DNA of 64,000 nucleotides from Cyanophora paradoxa CCMP329 (Eukaryota > Plantae > Glaucophyta), in assembly GCA_004431415.1 (NCBI GenBank), contig QPMI01000039.1, forward strand, positions 1 to 64,000, given 5' to 3'. The notes under the pieces are model-generated. The model searched no databases, was not told the origin of the DNA, and saw only the letters and a list, made by a program, of their open reading frames with translations. The translations under genes were made by a program, and so were the position numbers. Below, piece by piece: positions 1 through 11,918 of this stretch. The stretch's first letter is position 1, and each line of letters begins with the position of its first letter.

Positions 1-3000
1 CTCGACCTTCGCAGCCAGCGTCCGCGCTCCGCCGCCAGCGTTCGCGCTCCGCCGCCAGCTCCTCGGACCGCGCCCGCGCCGCTCCAGCTCGGCCGACTGC
101 TCGGCCACGCGCGCCTCCAGCGCCACCGCCTCCGCCGCCGCCGCGCCCAGCTCCGCCACGCGCGCCTCCAGCGCCGCCTTCTCGGCCTCCAGCGCACGGG
201 CCGGCCCTCCGCCTCCTCGGCGCGGCTCTCGGCCTCTGCCCGCGCCTGCGCCGCTTCCAGCTCCGCCCCCGAGGTCGGCGTCCCGCGACCGCGTCTCCGG
301 CTCGGCCTTCTCGGCGCTCTCGAGCTCCTCCACCGCGCCGTCAGCGCCGCCAGCTCCTCCCCGAGGCCGCCCCGCCGCAGCCCGCCGCTCGTGCTCGCGC
401 GCCGCTCCTCGGCCTCGCCGCCGCTGCTCGGCCCGCGCCCGCCGCCAGCTCCGCCTCGAGCGCCTCCACGCGCGCCTCGGCCCGCGCCAGCTCCGCCTCC
501 CGCTCCGCCAGCGCCGCCCGGCTCGACGCCGCCGACGTCTGCAGCGCCGCCACACAGCGTCCCGTCTCGTCGCTGCCCAGCGATGCGTCCCGCTCGCCGG
601 CCTCCGTCGCTGGCGCCGCCGCCGCCGCCGCTGCCGCCGCTGCGGCCGCACCGCGGCCGACGCCGACGCTTCCAGCTCCGCGCACCGCGCCGCAGCGCCT
701 CGGCCTCTGCCCGCGCCGCCTCCAGCGCCTGGAAGCCTCCGCGGCCCGCGCCCGGGATTCCTCGCCCTCAGCGGACCCGGCCTCGAGCGCCTCGACCTTC
801 GCAGCCAGCGTCTCGCGCCGCGTTCGCGCTCCGCCGCCAGCTCCTCGGACCGCGCCCGCGCCGCCTCCAGCTCGGCCGACTGCTCGGCCACGCGCGCCTC
901 CAGCGCCGCCGCCGCCGCCGCCGCCGCGCCCAGCTCCGCCACGCGCGCCTCCAGCGCCGCCTTCTCGGCCTCCAGCGCACGGGCCCGGCCCTCCGCCTCC
1001 TCGGCGCGGCTCTCGGCCTCTGCCCGCGCCTGCGCCGCTTCCAGCTCCGCCCCGAGGTCGGCGTCCCGCGACCGCGTCTCCGGCTCGGCCTTCTCGGCGC
1101 TCTCGAGCTCCTCCACCCGCGCCGTCAGCGCCGCCAGCTCCTCCCGAGGCCCGCCGCCGCCGCAGCCCGCCGCTCGTGCTCGCGCGCCGCCTCCTCGGCC
1201 TCCCGCCGCTGCTCGGCCCGCGCCGCCGCCAGCTCCGCCTCGAGCGCCTCCACGCGCGCCTCGGCCCGCGCCAGCTCCGCCTCCCGCTCCGCCAGCGCCG
1301 CCCGGCTCGACGCCGCCGACGTCTGCAGCGCCGCCACAACAGCGTCCGTCTCGTCGCTGCCCAGGATGCCGCTCGCCGGCCTCCGTCGCTGGCGCCGCCG
1401 CCGCCGCCGCCACCGCGCGCCACCGCGGCCGCCGACGCTTCCAGCTCCGTGCACCGCGCCCGCAGCGCCTGCGGCTCTGCCCGCGCCGCCTCCAGCGCAA
1501 GCCTCCGCGGCCCGCGCCCGGGATTCCTCGCCCTCAGCGGACGCCTTCGACTCGCCGCCAGCGTTCGCGCTCGACGCCAGCGTTCGCGCCGCCAGCGTTC
1601 GCGCTCCGCCGCCAGCTCCTCGGACCGCGCCCGCGCCGCCTCCAGCTCGGCCGACTGCTCGGCCACGCGCGCCTCCAGCGCCACCGCCTCCGCCGCCGCC
1701 GCGCCCAGCTCCGCCACGCGCGCCTCCAGCGCCGCCTTCTCGGCCTCCAGCGCACGGGCCCGGCCCTCCGCCTCCTCGGCGCGGCTCTCGGCCTCTGCCC
1801 GCGCCTGCGCCGCTTCCAGCTCCGCCCCGAGGTCGGCGTCCCGCGACCGCGTCTCGCCGGCTCCGCGCCCTCGAGCGCTCTCACTCGTCCGCCCGTCAGC
1901 GCCGCCAGCTCCTCCCCGAGGCCCGCCGCCGCCGCAGCCCGCCGCTCGTGCTCGCGCGCCGCCTCCTCGGCCTCCCGCCGCTGCTCGGCCCGCGCCGCCG
2001 CCAGCTCCGCCTCGAGCGCCTCCGCGCGCCTCGGCCCGCGCCAGCTCCGCCTCCCGCTCCGCCAGCGCCGCCCGGCTCGACGCCGCCGACGTCTGCAGCG
2101 CCGCCACGACAGCGTCCGTCTCGTCGCTGCCCAGCGATGCGTCCCGCTCGCCGCCTCCGTCGCTGGCGCCGCCGCCGCCGCCGCAGCCGCCGCTGCCGCC
2201 GCCACCGCGGCCGACGCCGACGCTTCCAGCTCCGTGCACCGAGCCCGCAGCGCCTCGGCCTCTGCCCGCGCCGCCTCCAGCGCGCTGGAAGCCTCCGCGG
2301 CCCGCGCCCGGGATTCCTCGCCTCAGCGGACGCCTTCCGACCTTCGCAGCGCGTCTCGCGCTCCGCCGCCAGCGTCTCGCGCTCCGCCGCCAGCTCCTCG
2401 GACCGCGCCCGCGCCGCCTCCAGCTCGGCCGACTGCTCGGCCACGCGCGCCTCCAGCGCCGCCGCGCCGCCGCCGCCGCCGCCGCCGCCCAGCTCCGCAC
2501 GCGCGCCTCCAGCGCCGCCTTCTCGGCTCCAGCGCACGGGCCCGGCCCTCCGCCTCCTCGGCGCGGCTCTCGGCCTCTGCCCGCGCCTGCGCGCTTCCAG
2601 CTCCGCCCGAGGTCGGCATCCCGCGACCGCGTCTCCGGCTCGGCCTTCTCGGCGCTCTCGAGTCCTCCACCGCGCCGTCAGCGCCGCCAGCTCCTCCCGA
2701 GGCCCGCCGCCGCCGCAGCCCGCCGCTCGTGCTCGCGCGCCGCCTCCTCGGCCTCCCGCCGCTGCTCGGCCCGCGCCGCCGCCAGCTCCGCCTCGAGCGC
2801 CTCCACGCGCGCCTCGGACCGCGCAGCTCCGCCTCCCGCTCCGCCAGCGCGCCCGGCTCGACGCGCCGACGTCTGCAGCGTCGCCACGACAGCGTCCGTC
2901 TCGTCGCTGCCCAGCGATGCGTCCCGCTCGCCGGCTCCGTCGCTGGCGCCGTCGCCGCGCCGCTGCCGCGTGCGGCCGCCACCACGGCCGACGCCGACGC

Positions 3001-6000
3001 TTCCAGCTCCGCGCACGCGCCGCAGCGCCTCGGCCTCTGCCGCGCCGCCTCCAGCGCGCTGGACGCCTCCGCGGCCCGCGCCGGGATTCTCGCCTCAGCG
3101 GACCCGGCCTCGAGCGCTCGACTTCGCCGCCAGCGTCTCGCGCTCCGCCGCCAGCGTTGCGCGCTCCGCGCAGCTCCTCGGACCGCGCCCGCGCCTCCAG
3201 CTCGGCGACTGCTCGCCACGCGCGCCTCAGCGCCGCGCGTCGCCGCCGCCGCGCGCCCAGCTCCGCCACGCGCGCCTCCAGGGTCGCCTTCTCGGCCTCC
3301 AGCGCACGGCCCGGCCCTCCGCTCTCGGCGCGGCTCTCGGCCTCTGCCGCGCCTGCGCCGCTTCCAGCTCCGCCCGAGGTCGGCATCCGCGACCGCGTCT
3401 CCGGCTCGGCCTTCTCGGCGCTCTCGAGCTCCTCCACCCGCACCGTCAGCGCAGCCAGCCTCCCCGAGGCCCGCCGCCGCCGCAGCCCGCGCTCGTGCTC
3501 GCGGCCGCCTCCTCGGCCTCCCGCCGCTGCTCGGCCCGCGCCGCCGCCAGCTCCGCCTCGAGCGCCTCCACGCGCGCCTCGGACCGCGCCAGCTCCGCCT
3601 CCCGCTCCGCCAGCGCCGCCCGGCTCGACGCCGCCGACGTCTGCAGCGCCGCCACAACAGCGTCCGTCTCGTCGCTGCCAGCGACGCGTCCCGCTCGCCG
3701 GCCTCCGTCGCTGGCGCCGCCGACGCTGCCGCAGCCGCCGCTGCCGCCGCCACCGCGGCCGACGCCGACGCTTCCAGCTCCGTGCACCGAGCCCGCAGCG
3801 CCTCGCCTCTGCCCGCGCCGCCTCCAGCGCGCTGGAAGCCTCCGCGGCCCGCGCCCGGGATTCCTCGCCCTCAGCGGACCCGGCCTCGAGCGCCTCGACC
3901 TTCGCAGCCAGCGTCTCGCGCTCCGCCGCCAGCTCCTCGGACTGCGCCGCGCCGCCTCCAGCTCGGCCGACTGCTCGGCCACGCGCGCCTCCAGCGCCAC
4001 CGCCTCCGCCGCCGCCGCGCCCAGCTCCGCCACGCGCGCCTCCAGCGCCGCCTTCTCGGCCTCCAGCGCACGGGCCCGGCCCTCCGCCTCCTCGGCCCGG
4101 CTCTCGGCCTCTGCCCGCGCCTGCGCCGCTTCCAGCTTCGCCCCGAGGTCGGCATCCGCGACCGCGTCTCCGGCTCGGCCCTCTCGGCGCTCTCGAGCTC
4201 CTCCACCCGCGCCGTCAGCGCCGCCAGCTCCTCCCGAGGCCCGCCGCCGCCGCAGCCGCCGCTCGTGCTCGCGCGCCGCCTCCTCGGCCTCCCGCCGCTG
4301 CTCGGCCCGCGCCGCCGCCAGCTCCGCCTCGAGCGCCTCCACGCGCGCCTCGGCCCGCGCCAGCTCCGCCTCCCGCTCCGCCAGCGCCGCCCGGCTCGAA
4401 GCCGCCGACGTCTGCAGCGCCGCCACGACAGCGTCCGTCTCGTCGCTGCCCAGCGACGCGTCCCGCTCGCCGGCCTCCGTCGCTGGCGCCGCCGACGCTT
4501 CCAGCTCCGCGCACCGAGCCCGCAGCGCCTCGGCCTCTGCCCGCGCCGCCTCCAGCGCGCTGGACGCCTCCGCGGCCCGCGCCCGGGATTCCTCGCCCTC
4601 AGCGGACCCGGCCTCGAGCGCCTCGACCTTCGCAGCCAGCGTCTCGCGCTCCGCCGCCAGCGTTTCGCGCTCCGCCGCCAGCGTTTCGCGCTCCGCCGCC
4701 AGCTCCTCGGACCGCGCCCGCGCCGCCTCCAGCTCGGCCGACTGCTCGGCCACGCGCGCCTCCAGCGCCACCCGCTCCGCCGCCGCCGCGCCCAGCTCCC
4801 CAACGCGTGCCTCCAGCGCCGCCTTCTCGGCCTCCAGCGCACGGGCCCGGCCCTCCGCCTCCTCGGCCCGGCTCTCGGCCTCTGCCCGCGCCTGCGCCGC
4901 TTCCAGCTCCGCCCCGAGGTCGGCGTCCCGCGACTGCATCTCCGGCTCGGCCTTCTCGGCGCTCTCGAGCTCCTCCACCCGCGCCGTCAGCGCCGCCAGC
5001 TCCTCCCCGAGGCCCGCCGCCGCCGCAGCCCGCCGCTCGTGCTCGCGCGCCGCCTCCTCGGCCTCCCGCCGCTGCTCGGCCCGCGCCGCCGCCAGCTCCG
5101 CCTCGAGCGCCTCCACGCGCGCCTCGGCCCGCGCCAGCTCCGCCTCCCGCTCCGCCAGCGCCGCCCGGCTCGACGCCGCCGACGTCTGCAGCGCCGCCAC
5201 GACAGCGTCCGTCTCGTCGCTGCCAGCGACGCGTCCCGCTCGCCGGCCTCCGTCGCTGGCGCCGCCGCCGCCGCCGCTGCCGCCGCTGCGGCCGCCAACG
5301 CGGCCGACGCCGACGCTTCCAGCTCCGCGCACCGAGCCCGCAGCGCCTCGGCCTCTGCCCGCGCCGCCTCCAGCACGCTGGACGCCTCCGCGGCCCGCGC
5401 CCGGGATTCCTCGCCCTCAGCGGACCCGGCCTCGAGCGCCTCGACCTTCGCAGCCAGCGTCTCGCGCTCCGCCGCCAGCGTTTCGCGCTCCGCCGCCAGC
5501 TCCTCGGACCGCGCCCGCGCCGCCTCCAGCTCGGCCGACTGCTCGGCCACGCGCGCCTCCAGCGCCGCCGCCGCCGCCGCCGCCGCGCCAGCTCCGCCAC
5601 GCGCGCCTCCAGCGCCGCCTTCTCGGCCTCCAGCGCACGGGCCCGGCCCTCCGCCTCCTCGGCGCGGCTCTCGGCCTCTGCCCGCGCCTGCGCCGCTTCC
5701 AGCTCCGCCCGAGGTCGGCGTCCCGCGACCGCGTCTCCGGCTCGGCCTTCTCGGCGCTCTCGAGCTCCTCCACCCGCACCGTCAGCGCAGCCAGCTCCTC
5801 CCGAGGCCCGCCGCCGCCGCAGCCCGCCGCTCGTGCTCGCGCGCCGCCTCCTCGGCCTCCCGCCGCTGCTCGGCCCGCGCCGCCGCCAGCTCCGCCTCGA
5901 GCGCCTCCACGCGCGCCTCGGACCGCGCCAGCTCCGCCTCCCGCTCCGCCAGCGCCGCCCGGCTCGACGCCGCCGACGTCTGCAGCGCCGCCACAACAGC

Positions 6001-9000
6001 GTCCGTCTCGTCGCTGCCCAGCGACGCGTCCCGCTCGCCGGCCTCCGTCGCTGGCGCCGCCGCCGCCGCCACAGCCGCCGCTGCGGCCGCCACCGCGGCC
6101 GCCGCCGACGCTTCCAGCTCCGGGCACCGAGCCCGCAGCGCCTCGGCCTCTGCCCGCGCCGCCTCCAGCGCGCTGGACGCCTCCGCGGCCCGCGCCCGGG
6201 ATTCCTCGCCCTCAGCGGACCCGGCCTCGAGCGCCTCGACCTTCGCAGCCAGCGTCTCGCGCTCCGCCGCCAGCGTTTCGCGCTCCGCCGCCAGCTCCTC
6301 GGACCGCGCCCGCGCCGCTCCAGCTCGGCCGACTGCTCGGCCACGCGCGCCTCCAGCGCCGCCGCCGCCGCCGCCGCCGCGCCCAGCTCCGCCACGCGCG
6401 CCTCCAGCGCCGCCTTCTCGGCCTCCAGCGCACGGGCCCGGCCCTCCGCCTCCTCGGCGCGGCTCTCGGCCTCTGCCCGCGCCTGCGCCGCTTCCAGCTC
6501 CGCCCGAGGTCGGCGTCCCGCGACGGCGTCTCCGGCTCGGCCTTCTCGGCGCTCTCGAGCTCCTCCACCCGCGCCGTCAGCGCCGCCAGCTCCTCCCGAG
6601 GCCTGCCGCTGCCGCAGCCCGCCGCTCGTGCTCGCGCGCCGCCTCCTCGGCCTCCCGCCGCTGCTCGGCCCGCGCCGCCGCCAGCTCCGCCTCGAGCGCC
6701 TCCACGCGCGCCTCGGACCGCGCCAGCTCCGCCTCCCGCTCCGCCAGCGCCGCCCGGCTCGACGCCGCCGACGTCTGCAGCGCCGCCACGACAGCGTCCG
6801 TCTCGTCGCTGCCCAGCGACGCGTCCCGCTCGCCGACCTCCGTCGCTGGCGCCGCCGCCGCCGCCGCTGCCGCCGCTGCGGCCGCCACCGCCACCGCCGC
6901 CGACGCTTCCAGCTCCGTGCACCGAGCCCGCAGCGCCTCGGCCTCTGCCCGCGCCGCCTCCAGCGCGCTGGAAGCCTCCGCGGCCCGCGCCCGGGATTCC
7001 TCGCCCTCAGCGGACCCGGCCTCGAGCGCCTCGACCTTCGCAGCCAGCGTCTCGCGCTCCGCCGCCAGCGTTTCGCGCTCCGCCGCCAGCGTTTCGCGCT
7101 CCGCCGCCAGCTCCTCGGACCGCGCCCGCGCCGCCTCCAGCTCGGCCGACTGCTCGGCCACGCGCGCCTCCAGCGCCACCGCCTCCGCCGCCGCCGCGCC
7201 CAGCTCCGCCACGCGCGCCTCCAGCGCCGCCTTCTCGGCCTCCAGCGCACGGGCCCGGCCCTCCGCCTCCTCGGCGCGGCTCTCGGCCTCTGCCCGCGCC
7301 TGCGCCGCTTCCAGCTCCGCCCCGAGGTCGGCGTCCCGCGACTGCGTCTCCGGCTCGGCCTTCTCGGCGCTCTCGAGCTCCTCCACCCGCGCCGTCAGCG
7401 CAGCCAGCTCCTCCCCGAGGCCCGCCGCTGCCGCAGCCCGCTGCTTGTGCTCGCGCGCCGCCTCCTCGGCCTCCCGCCGCTGCTCGGCCCGCGCCGCCGC
7501 CAGCTCCGCCTCGAGCACCTCCACGCGCGACTCGGCCCGCGCCAGCTCCGCCTCCCGCTCCGCCAGCGCCGCCCGGCTCGACGCCGCCGACGTCTGCAGC
7601 GCCGCCACAACAGCGTCCGTCTCGTCGCTGCCCAGTGATGCGTCCGCTCGCCGTCCTCCGTCGCTGGCGCCGCCGCCGCCGCCGCAGCCGCCGCTGCCGC
7701 CGCCACCGCGGCCGACGCCGACGCTTCCAGCTCCGTGCACCGAACCCGCAGCGCCTCGGCCTCTGCCCGCGCCGCCTCCAGCGCGCTGGAAGCCTCCGCG
7801 GCCCGCGCCCGGATTCCTCGCCCTCAGCGGACCCGGCCTCGAGCGCCTCGACCTTCGCAGCCAGCGTCTCGCGCTCCGCCGCCAGCTCCTCGGACCGCGC
7901 CCGCGCCGCCTCCAGCTCGGCCGACTGCTCGGCCACGCGCGCCTCCAGCGCCACCGCCTCCGCCGCCGCCGCGCCCAGCTCCGCCACGCGCGCCTCCAGC
8001 GCCGCCTTCTCGGCCTCCAGCGCACGGGCCCGGCCCTCCGCCTCCTCGGCGCGGCTCTCGGCCTCTGCCCGCGCCTGCGCCGCTTCCAGCTCCGCCCCGA
8101 GGTCGGCGTCCCGCGACCGCGTCTCCGGCTCGGCCTTCTCGGCGCTCTCGAGCTCCTCCACCCGCGCCGTCAGCGCCGCCAGCTCCTCCCGAGGCCCGCC
8201 GCCGCCGCAGCCCGCCGCTCGTGCTCGCGCGCCGCCTCCTCGGCCTCCCGCCGCTGCTCGGCCGCGCCGCCGCCAGCTCCGCCTCGAGCGCCTCCACGCG
8301 CGCCTCGGACCGCGCCAGCTCCGCTCCCGCTCCGCCAGCGCCGCCCGGCTCGACGCCGCCGACGTCTGCAGCGCCGCCACGACAGCGTCCGTCTCGTCGC
8401 TGCCCAGCGACGCGTCCCGCTCGCCGGCCTCCGTCGCTGGCGCCGCCGCCGCCGCCGCTGCCGCCGCTGCGGCCGCCACCGCGGCCGACGCCGACGCTTC
8501 CAGCTCCGCGCACCGAGCCCGCAGCGCCTCGGCCTCTGCCCGCGCCGCCTCCAGCGCGCTGGAAGCCTCCGCGGCCCGCGCCCGGGATTCCTCGCCCTCA
8601 GCGGACCCGGCCTCGAGCGCCTCGACCTTCGCAGCCAGCGTCTCGCGCTCCGCCGCCAGCTCCTCGGACCGCGCCCGCGCCGCCTCCAGCTCGGCCGACT
8701 GCTCGGCCACGCGCGCCTCCAGCGCCACCCGATCCGCCGCCGCCGCGCCCAGCTCCGCCACGCGCGCCTCCAGCGCCGCCTTCTCGGCCTCCAGCGCACG
8801 GGCCCGGCCCTCCGCCTCCTCGGCGCGGCTCTCGGCCTCTGCCCGCGCCTGCGCCGCTTCCAGCTCCGCCCCGAGGTCGGCGTCCCGCGACTGCGTCTCC
8901 GGCTCGGCCTTCTCGGCGCTCTCGAGCTCCTCCACCCGCACCGTCAGCGCCGCCAGCTCCTCCCCGAGGCCCGCCGCTGCCGCAGCCCGCCGCTTGTGCT

Positions 9001-10294
9001 CGCGCGCCGCCTCCTCGGCCTCCGCCGCTGCTCGGCCCGCGCCGCCGCCAGCTCCGCCTCGAGCGCCTCCACGCGCGACTCGGCCCGCGCCAGCTCCGCC
9101 TCCCGCTCCGCCAGCGCCGCCCGGCTCGACGCCGCCGACGTCTGCAGCGCCGCCACAACAGCGTCCGTCTCGTCGCTGCCCAGTGATGCGTCCCGCTCGC
9201 CGGCCTCCGTCGCTGGCGCCGCCGCCGCCGCCGCAGCCGCCGCTGCCGCCGCCACCGCGGCCGACGCCGACGCTTCCAGCTCCGTGCACCGAACCCGCAG
9301 CGCCTCGGCCTCTGCCCGCGCCGCCTCCAGCACGCTGGAAGCCTCCGCGGCCCGCGCCCGGGATTCCTCGCCCTCAGCGGACCGGCCTCGAGCGCCTCGA
9401 CCTTCGCAGCCAGCGTCTCGCGCTCCGCCGCCAGCTCCTCGGACCGCGCCCGCGCCGCCTCCAGCTCGGCCGACTGCTCGGCCACGCGCGCCTCCAGCGC
9501 CACCGCCTCCGCCGCCGCCGCGCCCAGCTCCGCCACGCGCGCCTCCAGCGCCGCCTTCTCGGCCTCCAGCGCACGGGCCCGGCCCTCCGCCTCCTCGGCG
9601 CGGCTCTCGGCCTCTGCCCGCGCCTGCGCCGCTTCCAGCTCCGCCCCGAGGTCGGCGTCCCGCGACGGCGTCTCCGGCTCGGCCTTCTCGGCGCTCTCGA
9701 GCTCCTCCACCCGCGCCGTCAGCGCCGCCAGCTCCTCCCCGAGGCCCGCCGCCGCCGCAGCCCGCCGCTCGTGCTCGCGCGCCGCCTCCTCGGCCTCCCG
9801 CCGCTGCTCGGCCCGCGCCGCCGCCAGCTCCGCCTCGAGCGCCTCCACGCGCGCCTCGGACCGCGCCAGCTCCGCCTCCCGCTCCGCCAGCGCCGCCCGG
9901 CTCGACGCCGCCGACGTCTGCAGCGCCGCCACGACAGCGTCCGTCTCGTCGCTGCCCAGCGACGCGTCCCGCTCGCCGGCCTCCGTCGCTGGCGCCGCCG
10001 CCGCCGCCGCTGCCGCCGCTGCGGCCGCCACCGCGGCCGACGCCGACGCTTCCAGCTCCGCGCACCGAGCCCGCAGCGCCTCGGCCTCTGCCCGCGCCGC
10101 CTCCAGCGCGCTGGAAGCCTCCGCGGCCCGCGCCCGGGATTCCTCGCCCTCAGCGGACCCGGCCTCGAGCGCCTCGACCTTCGCAGCCAGCGTCTCGCGC
10201 TCCGCCGCCAGCGTTTCGCGCTCCGCCGCCAGCTCCTCGGACCGCGCCCGCGCCGCCTCCAGCTCGGCCGACTGCTCGGCCACGCGCGCCTCCA

Positions 10295-10331
<37 letters not shown>

Positions 10332-11881
10332 GCCCAGCTTCGCCACGCGCGCCTCCAGCGCCGCCTTCTCGGCCTCCAGCGCACGGGCCCGGCCCTCCGC
10401 CTCCTCGGCGCGGCTCTCGGCCTCTGCCCGCGCCTGCGCCGCTTCCAGCTCCGCCCCGAGGTCGGCGTCCCGCGACCGCGTCTCCGGCTCGGCCTTCTCG
10501 GCGCTCTCGAGCTCCTCCACCCGCACCGTCAGCGCCGCCAGCTCCTCCCCGAGGCCCGCCGCTGCCGCAGCCCGCCGCTTGTGCTCGCGCGCCGCCTCCT
10601 CGGCCTCCCGCCGCTGCTCGGCCCGCGCCGCCGCCAGCTCCGCCTCGAGCGCCTCCACGCGCGACTCGGCCCGCGCCAGCTCCGCCTCCCGCTCCGCCAG
10701 CGCCGCCCGGCTCGACGCCGCCGACGTCTGCAGCGCCGCCACAACAGCGTCCGTCTCGTCGCTGCCCAGTGATGCGTCCCGCTCGCCGGCCTCCGTCGCT
10801 GGCGCCGCCGCCGCCGCCGCAGCCGCCGCTGCCGCCGCCACCGCGGCCGACGCCGACGCTTCCAGCTCCGTGCACCGAACCCGCAGCGCCTCGGCCTCTG
10901 CCCGCGCCGCCTCCAGCACGCTGGAAGCCTCCGCGGCCCGCGCCCGGGATTCCTCGCCCTCAGCGGACCCGGCCTCGAGCGCCTCGACCTTCGCAGCCAG
11001 CGTCTCGCGCTCCGCCGCCAGCTCCTCGGACCGCGCCCGCGCCGCCTCCAGCTCGGCCGACTGCTCGGCCACGCGCGCCTCCAGCGCCACCGCCTCCGCC
11101 GCCGCCGCGCCCAGCTCCGCCACGCGCGCCTCCAGCGCCGCCTTCTCGGCCTCCAGCGCACGGGCCCGGCCCTCCGCCTCCTCGGCGCGGCTCTCGGCCT
11201 CTGCCCGCGCCTGCGCCGCTTCCAGCTCCGCCCCGAGGTCGGCGTCCCGCGACCGCGTCTCCGGCTCGGCCTTCTCGGCGCTCTCGAGCTCCTCCACTCG
11301 CGCCGTCAGCGCCGCCAGCTCCTCCCCGAGGCCCGCCGCCGCCGCAGCCCGCCGCTCGTGCTCGCGCGCCGCCTCCTCGGCCTCCCGCCGCTGCTCGGCC
11401 CGCGCCGCCGCCAGCTCCGCCTCGAGCGCCTCCACGCGCGCCTCGGACCGCGCCAGCTCCGCCTCCCGCTCCGCCAGCGCCGCCCGGCTCGACGCCGCCG
11501 ACGTCTGCAGCGCCGCCACGACAGCGTCCGTCTCGTCGCTGCCCAGCGACGCGTCCCGCTCGCCGGCCTCCGTCGCTGGCGCCGCCGCCGCCGCCGCTGC
11601 CGCCGCTGCGGCCGCCACCGCGGCCGACGCCGACGCTTCCAGCTCCGCGCACCGAGCCCGCAGCGCCTCGGCCTCTGCCCGCGCCGCCTCCAGCGCGCTG
11701 GAAGCCTCCGCGGCCCGCGCCCGGGATTCCTCGCCCTCAGCGGACCCGGCCTCGAGCGCCTCGACCTTCGCAGCCAGCGTCTCGCGCTCCGCCGCCAGCG
11801 TTTCGCGCTCCGCCGCCAGCTCCTCGGACCGCGCCCGCGCCGCCTCCAGCTCGGCCGACTGCTCGGCCACGCGCGCCTCCA

Positions 11882-11918
<37 letters not shown>

